Below, piece by piece: positions 27,075 through 39,795 of a stretch of 64,000 nt of DNA. Every line of letters starts with the position of its first letter. Positions within the stretch are counted from its first letter, which is position 1. The notes under the pieces were generated by a model that saw only the letters and a program-made list of their open reading frames with translations, had not been told where the DNA came from and made no database searches. The translations under genes and the position numbers were made by a program. Origin of the DNA: Octopus sinensis (Eukaryota); NCBI RefSeq assembly GCF_006345805.1, contig NC_043013.1:53134001-53198000 (forward strand), written 5' to 3'.

Positions 27075-27160
27075 GAGTCAGTCGATTACATCAACCCAGT
27101 ACGCAACTAGTCGAGCCTGAAAGGATAAAAGGCAAAGTCGACCTCGGCAGAATTTGAACG
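27075..27160 (-). mobile_element. SINE family A core fragment
   Basis: GAAAGGATAAAAGGCAAAGTCGACCTCGGCAGAATTTGAAC is the reverse complement of the B box and core. Confidence 0.75.
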
Positions 27161-27243
27161 CCCATAAGGGATATTATTTCCGGATGAATAATGCAATCAA
27201 TTTCACACTTTCGCGATGAATTTGTGTTAACTGTGGCACAGAG

Positions 27244-27700
27244 ATGCTACAATTATGCTTATACTATATTGTACATTCCACGTCAGCTAGCTGGCAGAAT
27301 CGTTAGCACGCCGGGTGAAATGCTTAGCAGTATTTCGTCTGCCGCTACGTTCTAAGTTCAAATTCCGCCGAGGTCGACTTTGCCTTTCATCCTTTCAGGG
27401 TCGATTAAATAAGTACCAGTTACGCATTGGGTTCGATATAATCGACTTAATCCGTTTGTCTGTCCTTGTTTGTCCCCTCTGTGTGTAGTCCCTTGTGGGC
27501 AGCAAAGAAATAAGAAACTTTAGCACGCAGGGCGAAATGCTTACATTTCGTCTGTCTTTATGCTCTGAGTTCAAATTCCGCCGAGGTTGACTTTACCTTT
27601 CATTCTTTCCGGGTCGATAAATTAAGTACTAGTTCTGTACTGGAGTTGATCTAATCGACTGCTCCCTCTCCAAACATCTCGAGCCTAGTGTAGAAAAGAC
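27244..27700 (+). mobile_element. Dimeric SINE family A (tail type 1 then tail type 2) with an upstream leader
   Basis: Two consecutive head/core units; leader and architecture are shared with 43904-44350. Confidence 0.8.
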
Positions 27701-28104
27701 TATATTTAAGTTAGTATGTATGTGTACGTGTCACAGCTTATGTATGTGTGTTTGTGCGTGTGTGCAAAATCTTTAAAATCCATTGACGTATGATGTCCGT
27801 TCAAGCTGGTGTACGTATGTTTGTTTGTAAGGGTGAGAGTTTGTGCATATGTGTGTATGCGCACATGTATAAGTGTGAGCGTGTGTGTATGCGTGTGTGT
27901 GTATGTGCGTATGTGCGCGCGTGTGTATATGTGTGGGTGGGTCTGTGTAGGTGTGTGCACGCCCGTGTGTATGCAAAATATTTTACGTGCATATATGTAT
28001 GTTGTGTGTGTTTCACGTTGGTGAACGAGATTTTGTGTTATTGCCTGCGTATGTTTATGTGTGTGTACCTGTTTTCATGCGTGTGTGTGCGTATGTGTGT
28101 GTGA

Positions 28105-28490
28105 GCGACAGAGAGAGAGAAAGAGAGAGAGAGAGAGGGGGGGGAGAGAAAGCGAAAGAGAGACAGACAGGCAGACTGATAGAGAGAAAGAGAGACAGAG
28201 AGAGAGAGACATAGAGAGAGAGAAATAGAGGTAAAGAAAGAGTGACGGAGAGACAGAGAGAGAGAGACATAGAGAGAGAAATAAATTGAAAGAGAGAAAG
28301 TGAAGGAGAGAAAGAGAGAGAGAGAGAAGAAAGAGAGAGATAGAGAAAAGGAGAAAGAGAAAGAATAAGAGAGAGATAACGGTAGAGAGAAACAGAGACA
28401 GAGTGAAGGACAGAGAGAGAAAGAGTGAGAAAGAGAAAGCGAGAGAGAGAAAGAGATAGAGAGACAGACAGACAGACAGACAGGGAAGGA
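28105..28490. repeat. (GA)-rich polypurine tract
   Basis: Read directly. Confidence 0.95.
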
Positions 28491-29724
28491 GTACTAACAA
28501 AAATTTATCAAAATATCTATTTTGAAGATATTAATATTAGCTGCCTTTTATCTTTCTGTAGTTCTTTGTTCTTTGAAATAAAATTATATTTGTAAAATAC
28601 TTCAACGTCTGCACCCAGGCAGACAGTCGTGAACCTCTTACTAGATGCTTATGTAAGCACTGCTAGACGAGAGTAGATGACCACCCAAGAGATTATTCTC
28701 TCTCTTCTGAAAAAGTTATGTGTACGTATTTGTATACGTAGGTATAGAATTCCGACCGCCCTAATCCGTAGATCACCTCACCATTTGTTTTTGCTGATAA
28801 TCAGGTCTATCTAATCAGCTAAACCTTTATAAAGAGTCTACTTGGTGATCCTTCATGGCGGCTATCCAATGATTAAGCTACGAAAAGAATACGCACATGA
28901 TATTTGTTGAGATACATCTAAATGGACAAAGAACATCGCTTCAATAGAAGATAATGAAGAAAGGATCGCAAAATATGATATATTTATTTTATTTCTGGGA
29001 CATTTTGTTTCGCCTACCTTTGAGGTATACTGTATATTTATGCACGTGACCTCTTTTAATGGATCAACTCTGAACGAGGTCCCGCAGCTCCATAGTGTTT
29101 AATAATGCACGTATATTGAGTATGTGATAATGATGTTTACATTATATATGGGGTCTACAGGGGGAAATTCTTACACACGAGTGTGTGTACTTTATTTGTG
29201 GATTACGAAGGAGAACCATGTGGAGGAGATATCCAAAATCATTCTAGTACACCACTTGGGAATCTTGGCTCTCGTCTCCATTTGGGATGACAATACATGA
29301 ACTTTCTCGAGACTATTATACGGTATTATGAAAGAGATAGAGAGACAGGAGAGTTGACGTATAAAACTACCTCGATTGTGATCTCGCTTTAGCCACCTTC
29401 ATTATTTCATAAGTTTCACACTACTATTTTCGGAATGAGTCATTGATTCCTATGGTAAAATCTTTATATACAGACGGCGTAGAATTTAGCTTCACTAACT
29501 GCGTCACTGATGAACATTAAATTTCATGCGAACATGGTATGGTAATCTAATACCTCTCAATTACGGTGGGGAATTTATCTCTTTGACTGTTATTTCTAGC
29601 AATGCTCCCTGTAACCTTCGTCACAAGCTCCACTTAACGAGATGAAAACTTCAAAGTTTTACTGACTAAACTGGTTTAATACCGATAGTAGAAAGAATTT
29701 TCTACAATACAAATGGGTATTGTA

Positions 29725-29912
29725 GAAAATTGCAGCCCCTATTTGTTCCATATACTTCTCAAATTTTTTACTCGCTGTTCCCAGTGCCCCGACAATTATT
29801 GGTACTACTACCACCTTTTTCATCGAGCACAATTGCTTAACTTCCCAAGCTAATCTGTCATATCTATCAACTTTTGTTTCTTCCTTATCGCATACCTGGT
29901 TTATTATTATTA

Positions 29913-29955
<43 letters not shown>

Positions 29956-30132
29956 GACTATTATTATTATGCACTCAGCATACCAGACTGTTGGAAAAGA
30001 AAAGAATCTTGACATCGGGCTACAACAAGTAACCTTAGGTGCCAAGAACGCTCCTAAGTATTCTAGCTCTCTCGAATAAGACTGTTTTCTGGAGTTGTAC
30101 TAAACAGAGTTTTATTCCTATTTCCTCTATGC
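29725..30132 (-). mobile_element. Two R4/Dong-like LINE 3' fragments separated by (TAA)n
   Basis: KEETKVDRYDRLAWEVKQL..VVVVPIIVGALG at 29725-29900. EIGIKLCLVQLQKTVLFERARILRSVLGT* plus 3' UTR at 29972-30132. Part of the 3' UTR recurs at about 30362-30440. Confidence 0.8.
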
Positions 30133-30152
30133 ATTATTATTATCATTATTAT

Positions 30153-30213
<61 letters not shown>

Positions 30214-30289
30214 CCTGCTGCTGCTGCTGCTGCTACTACTACTATTACCACTCCTATTATCATTATCATTATTATTATTATTATCATTA

Positions 30290-30337
<48 letters not shown>

Positions 30338-31699
30338 TATTATCATTATTATTATTATTATTACACACTTAACACCGGGCTACAAGTTGCCTTAGATGCC
30401 AAGAACCCTCCTATCGGGTTACAGCAAGTAACCTATAGCATTAACTCGAAATATAAACGATAGGCTCTTAATTCCTTAACTGCAATCGAAATGAACCCGT
30501 CCCGAGTAGTACGCCCCACCTACAGAATCACTAAATATATTAAAACAATGAAATTCAATATTACAGCATTAGTAACGTAGTCTTCGTTAAGTCTCTCAGC
30601 AATCACATTCCTAAGCAATACGTCAATGCCCAACAGAGTGGAATCGATGCATCCTTCCTCTGATATCTAATGGATACTCAACGTTTCACAACCAAACTAA
30701 TTGCTGTTTCCTTTATCATTGTTTTATCAACTTCTTCATCACTACGACACATCAAGCACATTTATTTGGTTTCTTCCTCATTGCGTTTCCCTCATCAGAG
30801 ATGAATATTTCACAACCTTACTTTTCTCAGTCATTAACGTTTGACATTCACCATTCCCATAAAGGTAATATCACATTATCTATCTTCATTCTTGTTGGAT
30901 TTTGGTAAATTCTTCATTCTTTCTCTTTTACTATTCTATCTGTTTGTGTTTGTCACAACCTGATTTGAATTTAGGGTTTAATGAGGCAAATATCTTCGTT
31001 CGTTATTGAATCCAAGGGAACTTGGAATCGATATAAATATCTTGATTAATGCTATAGTTCACTTGGAAAAAGGGTAAACCTCCTAAGATCACATAATTTT
31101 CTTTCTTGGTTAAAGAATGGAGTTGCAGGCTTCTTATCAAAAACAATTTTGATAGAATTTTCCTTTCTTTTTTTTTTTATGGTTTTCAAAATTTGTTTAA
31201 GGGTCGACTTGGACGAAGTATTACGGCACCATTGACGGTTTTCCGTGGCTGGAAGGTATCCCAACGCCGGAAACTGATGAAAATTCTTTAATCAGACTGG
31301 ATTCCACAAAACATAAAATAACCTATGACCAACAATGATGTTAAACTGTGTGAGGTATAAATTCTTCAACCCAAAAAATTAATGGCTTTCCTCGTGAGGT
31401 TTTCAATAGATATTCCTTCTTCCGCATTTCTTTTAGACTCATTTGACCAAATACAAGTTGAAATGCAGTGGTATTGAACCTGAGACTACTGTTTGCGGAT
31501 TGAACTTCTTATCTTCTCAACCATGTTTTTACGTAGAGAATTGATTGACGACATTCCAATTTTAGATGAGGGCTGTCCGTGTTCGAATACAAGATTCGCA
31601 ACACTTTCAAGGTAAAAAAAAAAACCGCGGGTCTTAAATAGAAGCATATTACGTCATCATTATGAGTGAACTGAGTAAATATTGTGGATGACAGTGATC

Positions 31700-32030
31700 A
31701 TGCTAGAAATAGCAGTTAAACCTCCCTTAAATCACATTCCAGCAACTTAAGAAAAAGAATAACATACTGGATAATGTAGTCCAAGATTCACAATGACTAA
31801 AACAGCGATGAAAAGGTCATGGACGGAATTACAACAACAACAGCTCACAGTGCTTCGAGCCAGGTCACTCTATCTGTTAGAAATGACGGCAAAATAACCT
31901 TCAAATCAAACTATACCATCTTCTAAAAAGAAACGCATAGGATGTGATTCAGTGGATGGGCACGGCTGGATTATAGATTAATTCAGTGACGATTGATATG
32001 TTTAAACAACAACAGCACTAACAACCCTGA
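31700..32030 (+). mobile_element. Degenerate interspersed repeat (SINE-like tail family D), two partial tandem units
   Basis: CTAGAAATAGCAG..CCCT.AAATCACA..GGATAATGTAGTCC..GGTCATGG motif recurs at about 11760-11870 (minus), 49790-49920 and 50690-50830. Confidence 0.5.
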
Positions 32031-32149
32031 ATGACTTTATGGAACAGAACTAAACACGAACCGTCAGATATTGATAATGATCAATATTTAATGAAACAGT
32101 CGATTTATCAATTTCAGTATCACGTGGACAAAATAAATATTTGTTACAG

Positions 32150-32420
32150 CTGTTGGTGGTGGTGGTGGTGGTAGTGGGGGTGGCGGTGGTGGTGGTCGTC
32201 GTCGCAGTAGTGATGATGAGGTTTGGTGATGATGTTGATGGCAGTGTAGGTTATGGTGACGGTGCTGGTAGCAGTGGTGGTGTTTTTTGTGGTAGTGATA
32301 GTGGTGGTGGCGGTGGTGGTGCCTGCGGTAGTAGAGGTGGCAGTGGTGGTGGTGGTGGTGGTGGGGTAGTGGGGATTGTGGTTGATGTGAGTGGTGGTGG
32401 TGGTGGTGGTGGTGGTTGTG
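32150..32420. repeat. Degenerate (GGT)n microsatellite
   Basis: Read directly. Confidence 0.9.
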
Positions 32421-32699
32421 TTCAACCTTACATAAATTCCGCTTCTGGCAAGGAATTTCGTAAATCCTTGAATCGTTTCCATCGCCGTCTCTTAATTCCT
32501 TAAATACCAAATCTTGCACACATAAACATCCAGGTTTAGCTAATATATTTCAAGACCGGAGGCAGTCTATTGACGAAGAAATCTTCCATGTGATTGTCGA
32601 AAGAATACTTCGAACTCCCTTCGTCCCGTGTACTTTGCCTCACATGCCATTCTCAGAAATGTTTTACAGCCTCGCTTTCCCTTCATTCAATTGAAAGCG

Positions 32700-33010
32700 C
32701 GTAACTTAACGGTTAGGATATTCAGCTTACGATCATAAAGTCACAGTTCTCTTCTCAGTGGGGCGTTGTGCCTTTGAGTAAGATGTTTGCTTTCCTTTTG
32801 CCTCACTCCACTCAGCTGTCAAAAATGAGTTGTACTTGTAATTCAAGAGGACCAGCCTTCTCACATTTTGAGTCACACTAAATACTACCGAGAATTACGT
32901 TAAGGGTGCGTTCTTTTGTGAAGGGCTAAGCCAGTTGTACGTTAATATCACGCGTAAGCTGTTCCGTTGATCGGGTTGACAGGGACAGCTATTGTCGAAA
33001 CAGACGGAAT
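32700..33010 (+). mobile_element. Degenerate SINE family B relative
   Basis: tRNA-like head and GTACTTGTAATTCAA..GCCAGCCTT..GAGAATTACGTTAAGGGT body match 19816. Confidence 0.7.
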
Positions 33011-33259
33011 GTCAGTTCTTTCCTGCCGTTAAAAAACACGAGGTTTCGAAGTCAGTGACATGGTGTGGAACCTATGGTGAATGTATTTTTCTATTGCTCC
33101 AGATTGATCAATGCCGTCTGTGGGAATATGGTAGACGGAAACTGTGTACACCCATCTTGTACACACACACACGCAGGCACATACACACACATCTTTGTAT
33201 GTATGTATGTATGTTTGTATGTAAATACGTATATATGTATTATTGATATACTCAGGCAT

Positions 33260-33595
33260 TGTTTCCAACCACATGGTTCTGGGTTCAGTCCTACTGTGTG
33301 GCACCTTGAGCAAGTGTTTTGTACTTTAACGTCCGGCTGACAGAAGATGAGGCCATCGTGTGTGTGTGCACGTGTGTGCTTGTGTATGTCTTTGTGCCCG
33401 TGTTTGTTTCCTACCATCACCTGACAACCGGTGTTGGTGTGTTTACGTCCCAATAACTTAGCGGTTCAACAAAAGGAATTTGTAGAATAAGTACCAGGTA
33501 TTGTAAAAAAAATTATCGGGGTCGGTCCATTCGATTACACATTCTTGAAGGCGGTGCCACAGCATGACCGCAGTCCAATCACCAAAACAAGCAAC
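33260..33595 (+). mobile_element. SINE family C, head truncated
   Basis: CCAACCACATGGTTCTGGGTTCAGTCC..CACCTTGAGCAAGTG and the GACAACCGGTGTTGGTGTGTTTACGTCC tail. Confidence 0.8.
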
Positions 33596-34594
33596 AACAA
33601 AAAATATGTTTGGATGAAATTCTTAGGAATCTATACCGAGTTCTGAAGAGTTGGGACGAAATGGTCCTACGGCAAACTACAAAATATTCGGGTTGCTTAT
33701 TTCACGAGGACATCCTTCAAACTCACGGAAGCTAGATAATCATGGATGATTCGTTACAAATAGACTGAGAAAGAAACCATACAGTTTCACTGTTAATTCA
33801 TTTATATTTGAATTCTATATTAAACTACACAGTATACGTACATACATGCATACATACAGACAGACATACATATTGGTGGAAGTAAGAGAGAAAGAGAGAG
33901 TGAGTAAAATAATAGGGGAGTGAGAGGTAAATACAGGAAATGGAAGGGAGCTTGAGAAAGGTGGGACATGTGAAGAAGGAAATAAGAAATTGACGGAAGT
34001 TGATAGAAAACAATGGCAAAGAAACGAAATGAAGCAGAATAAATATAAACCGGAATGGCATATATTGTTGAACAAGCGTGTCTTTGGTTCCATTATCAAC
34101 GATGTTAACTACCCTGTTAACACCATATTTGGAATAAACGCCAACCAATCAAAGACAAAAAACACCATGATTCTTAAAAAATGGGAAGTAGAAGGGGGAA
34201 ATCAGTAAGAATAATAAAATATATGAAGCAGTAAAAATAAAAAAGAACGAATTAATGTGGAAAGTGGAAAACAAAGAATGTAATTAAGGATTTGTAACAG
34301 GTTGGAAAAGTAAACGAATAAGAATTTTATAGCGTCCAAACAGAAGCAGCTTTTCATTTGATGGACGGGACGGCCATTGCGGTTGCTGCTGCTGAGGTTG
34401 TGGTGGAAGATGAGGCTACATCTGTGGCTTGTTGGGTGCGGTGGGTATACATGTATGTATGTATGTATGTATGTATGTATGTATGTATGTATGTATGTAT
34501 GTATATGCACTATGTATGTATGTACGTATGAATGTATGCATGTACATGTATGTATGTACGGATATGTGTGCATGTATGTAGGTAGGTATTTTGT

Positions 34595-35003
34595 AGGCGG
34601 CGAACTGGCAGAATTGTTAGCACGCCGGGCGAAAAGCGTAGCCGTATTTCATCTGCCGTTACGTTCTGAGTTCAAATTCCGGCGAGGTCGACTATACCTT
34701 TCATCCTTTCGGGGTCGATTAAATAAGTACCACTTACGTACTGGGGTCGATGTAATCGACTTAATCCATTTGTCTGTCGTTGTTTGTCCTCTCTGTGTTC
34801 AGCCCCTTTGGGAAGTAAAGAAATAGGTATTTCGTCTGGCGCTACGTTCTGAGTTCAAATTCCGCCGAGGTTGACTTTGCCTTTCATCCTTTCGGGGTCG
34901 ATTGAATAAGTACCAGTTACTGGGGTTGATATAATCGACTTAATCCACTTGTCTGTCCTTGTATGTCCTCTCTGTTTTAGCCCCTTGTGGGTAGTAAAGA
35001 AAT
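34595..35003 (+). mobile_element. Tandem SINE family A (full copy plus head-truncated copy)
   Basis: Two core/tail units; the second begins at GGTATTTCGTCTG. Confidence 0.85.
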
Positions 35004-35176
35004 AGGTATGTATGTATGTATAAAACTATGCATGCATTATTGACACAAACTCGCGAATTCACTTTAAGGGTCTTGGAAACCACATACATAAATTATATAT
35101 GTGTGTGTCTGTACGGATGTATATATATGTACGTATATACATGTGCGTATGCGTGTGCCCGCGTGCCTTTTTGTAT

Positions 35177-35225
<49 letters not shown>

Positions 35226-36084
35226 GTATGATAAGCACAAGATGTGATTTGTACTATTGGTTCCCTCCGCCATTTTCACCGTTGTGGCTACTTCATCCTT
35301 TGCTCGTTGTACATGGATGTGCATCTAGAATAGCTTTTCAGGAAGCCCGTCATTACACCAGTAAGTAACGACAATGATATTCCATAAAGAAATCCCTCAC
35401 TATATAGTGCATACTATCAGCTACACGTAGAGGACCTTCTTGTGGTATCTTAAGTATATCAGAAAGAACAGCCAATGTAGACCCTGCTAACGTTTTATAT
35501 TACGTAGCAAGGAACACCGCCGTGAAGGCGTTTTTGTGCCTCCATGTCGACAATTCTGTGCGTTTTATACATCGTGTATATTACGTAACTTGTTGCATGA
35601 AATTATGAAATGTCGGTGTCAATTTACGTTCCCTGTTTTGGGATGCTAAAATGCATGTTAAACTGGCAGCCCTCAGGGATATTTGAACTTAAGACCCCCA
35701 AGTGATGTTATTGGACATTCCTTTAACATATGTTGTTGAGAGTTGGTACCTAATGGGAATGAAAATGGTAGTCTTTTGATCTTGATAATTACTTAACAGA
35801 TCACCGATTCCGAATTATCGAAGAGCAGATAAAGGTAATTCCAGGGGCACTAAAAATTGGTTGGCGTCTCTACAACAACGACCGGAAAACACAAGATCAA
35901 CATCAGCAGCTGTTGTAACAGCTAGGACGACAACAACAACAACAGGAATTACTACTGTTGTTGATGCCTTTGCTATTGATGATGCTCCTGTGCCGCTGCT
36001 CTTGCTCTAGACGCTAACTCATATATTTGAAGCGTAGATGTAAAGATATTCATTTCCTTCCTACAACAGTTTAGAAAAACTACA

Positions 36085-36089
36085 TTAAT

Positions 36090-36187
<98 letters not shown>

Positions 36188-36258
36188 AATAATAATAATG
36201 ATAATAATAATAATGATAACAACAACAACAGCAATAATAATAATTATAAATATGATTA

Positions 36259-36306
<48 letters not shown>

Positions 36307-36312
36307 CTATTT
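36085..36312. repeat. (TAA)n followed by (TTA)n, an inverted microsatellite
   Basis: Read directly. Confidence 0.9.
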
Positions 36313-36786
36313 TAACAACAGCAAAAACAACAACGTCACAGGAACAACAGCACATCTAATAACAACACTAACAACATTAAAAAACAAGATCAACAATAGA
36401 TAAGTAAAAGTCTGTATATAGAACCATGAAGAAAAATATTCTTTGTTTTCTTGGAGGTCGGTTTAATGTTCCAACATGGCAACCTGGTAAAAAGATTCTA
36501 ATAAATTTAGCGCAATTAATTAATCGTATAGAATTTTATAGCGATTACCTTATTCGTTTGCAATCTTTGTGTATGTGTTGGCTGTTTTGTTTCGGAGTCG
36601 GTTTCGAAATACAATGAAGAGAGAGAGCGAAAAACTTTTTTACTTTAAACAAGCAAACTTATGAACAACAAACAGCGAAATCGCAACATGACAAAGAGTC
36701 GACTTCAAACACCGATTTTGGTTTAAAAGCGGTGCCGGCGGCTCTCTCAGAGATAAACACACACACACACACACGCACACACACAC

Positions 36787-36853
<67 letters not shown>

Positions 36854-37857
36854 ATATGCTTTTGCTTATATACAAGTATATAGATATGGTTTTAATATAC
36901 GTTGTATATATATAAAAACAAATTTGTTATTTATTTGCAAGTTATAAACATAGTCATATATATATATACAGAGGGAGGGAGAGAGAGACTTTATAATCAT
37001 AAACCAGTTCACCTAAATTCATACGATACGAAATATGTGTACATATGTGTGACTGTGCAGAGTCTATGTGTGTGTGTGTGCGTGTGTGCGTGAATGCATG
37101 TGTTTGTGCGTGTATGTGTATGTATATGTGTCTGTAAGAGAGAGAGCATGTATGTGTATGTATGTTGAACCGTTTTGGCTTTTTGCCATAATGTAACAAT
37201 TACGCTTTTGGCATGATACTAGCAATTACGAATCAAAATGGCCGTTGTGACTATTAATTCACTATCGATCTCTTTAGCCAACATTTCACTATCTCGACAT
37301 ACATAGTGATGTTTCTATTGCCCTAGGGAGTCATGTCCCCTACTTGTCGTCTTCGTTAAAATTATATCAGTCATGGAGATAACATTGTCTTTTCTTCGCC
37401 ACATAACTATTATTAATTAGATCCTTAATGTTTACTATTTTAAGCATAGCAGGAGTTACTTAACTATTGTTTTTCCATACTGATGTCTTCTCTAAATTAT
37501 AACTTAAATTATGTATATTTTCTTAAATATACTGAATGAATGCTTTTCATATCAGTAGAATCTACATAAGAAATAGCCAATGAAATAAACAACAACCAGC
37601 AGGCTGTCCCAACAGAAGAACATAACTCGCATAACCACACTACGCACAATGCAAACACTAATACAACAGAAGACATCACCACACCTCATAACAAAACAAG
37701 CTGACGCAATAAAATACGGGGAAGTGTTAGCACCCCTCTAACAACAAAATGGAACGCACAATGCTGCACACCCCCAATCAACAAGTAGGTGTAGCAGGTG
37801 ATGCAGTAGAAATTTCCCTGAACCTATCAAATGTTGAATAATAATAATAATAGGGGT

Positions 37858-38155
37858 TGATTGCTATGTAGTTCAGTTACCAAGAAACGCCCAAAAATGG
37901 CAGAAATTCAAAAAATAGTGCTCATGGGAATTGTTCATATCCTACGTAAAATATTGTCTATATAATCTCAGATTTTAAAACAAACTTATAATTTTCCTGT
38001 TTTCTTAAACGTTCTCTAGAACAATACTATGTACAAAACTAAATATATGGCACCCAATGCATAACACCAACATGAACTTCTAACTTGTTGTCTCTTGAGG
38101 TCTCTGGGTGAGACTTGGAGCCAACTTGTTCAAATGCAAAGCAAAAGTCAAACAA
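37858..38155 (+). mobile_element. R4/Dong-like LINE 3' end
   Basis: KMAEIQKIVLMGIVHILRKILSI* then 3' UTR; (TAA)n on both sides. Confidence 0.8.
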
Positions 38156-38164
38156 ATAATAATA

Positions 38165-38278
<114 letters not shown>

Positions 38279-38329
38279 TATAAGAAGAAGAAGAACAGTC
38301 ATAATATCAATAATAATAATAATAATAAT

Positions 38330-39375
38330 AATACTTTTATTTCACAAACTTTCCTGCAACCAAGGAAATAGTGAAACAACGAATAAAACTTAAAGCCCAA
38401 CTGCTCAGATGGTATGACAAAGGAATAAAATTTTATCGATAAGACAATGTATTCAAAACGGGTACAAAAAAATTTTGTAGGGAAATTGGCAAAAACATGG
38501 CCAAATGGAATACACGTCTCCTCCAACACCAGTTCAAGAATACTCACATCAAACGAGGCATCTTTCAAGGTGACTCCCTCTCCCCATTTCTCTTTTGCAT
38601 GGCATTGATCCCACTCTGAAGCGAACTGAGTAAAACTAGGTATGGGTTCAAAGTGTATAATACGATAGTAAACCGTTTTTTTTTTATATGGACGATCTGA
38701 AGGTTGTTTGTTAGAAATGACGAAGCGCTAGTAGGGTTGCTAACAACTTTTCAAGAATTCAGCAATGATATCGGAATGGAGTTTGGCCTTCATAAATGTG
38801 CTAAATCAACTTTTGTAAGAGGCAAGCCCAAGCAAACAGCTTCCCTTATATTAGATACTGACACTACCATCAAGGAGCTTGACCCACAAGAAAGCTATAA
38901 ATACCTGGGGATAAACGAAGGAGATGGTATACAACATGCTACTATGAAGGAAAAAATAAGAAAAAAATATTACAGGAGAATAAGATTCATACTAAAAACT
39001 GGGCTCAACAGAAACAGAACGTGGGTCTAAAAACAGAAACAGGTTGTGGGGTCTGAAAAGAGAAACTAAAACAGAAAGAAGATGTAGAGATAGAGGTTAC
39101 TCGATTGTGGGGTGCAAAAGCAGAAACAATTCCTATCACAGTAGGCGCATTAGGTATGATAAAAAAATATTCAGACAAATACATAACAAAAACACCAGGA
39201 CTATCAAGTATATATAACATAGAGAAAATAGTACTACTAGGCACCGCACACGTCCTACGTAAAACACTTTCAGTACAGTAAAAATAAGAGCATCACAACA
39301 AACCACAGCACATACCCAAATCACACGGAGATGCGCCCGGTAGTGCAGTGAAAGTACGTGGTAAATAATAAGACT
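38330..39375 (+). mobile_element. R4/Dong-like LINE: RT core fused to an endonuclease C-terminus
   Basis: IKRGIFQGDSLSPFLFCMALIPL, YMDDLK, DIGMEFGLHKCAK, YKYLGI. After about 39030: EIEVTRLWGAK..IPITVGALG..IEKIVLLGTAHVLRKTLSVQ*, then a (TAA)n tail. Confidence 0.88.
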
Positions 39376-39399
39376 ATTGAATAATAATAACAATAATAA

Positions 39400-39795
39400 T
39401 AATGAACACCAACCTGGCAGCGCTAGACCAAGTTTGGCCAGAAATTGGAATGCGCAAGTGTTCCTCCTGTGCCACGTCTGTAATAGAGTGGAGGAAACCG
39501 TTGTCTATATTGCGAACGAATGCCCTAGATTTACCGAGAACCATTATAGGTTTTGGAATCACGATGAGGTAGGGAAAGTCCTACACTGGAAACTATCGAG
39601 AAGTGGGGCCTAGAGAGAGACAAGGCGTGGTACGAACACAAAACACAGAGAGTGGCGGTATCGGAAATCTGCAAAATTCTATGGGATTTCCCAATACAAC
39701 ATATCAGGTGCTACAGTATAACAAACCGGATCTAGTTGTTGTCGATAAGATGCACCACATGTGTTATATAGAAGATGTTGCTGACTTTCAATAAG
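39400..39795 (+). mobile_element. R4/Dong-like fragment (CCHC knuckle and start of the restriction-like endonuclease)
   Basis: CHVCNRVEETVVYIANECP, NHDEVGKVLHWKL, KILWDFPIQ, KPDLVVVDK. Confidence 0.8.
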
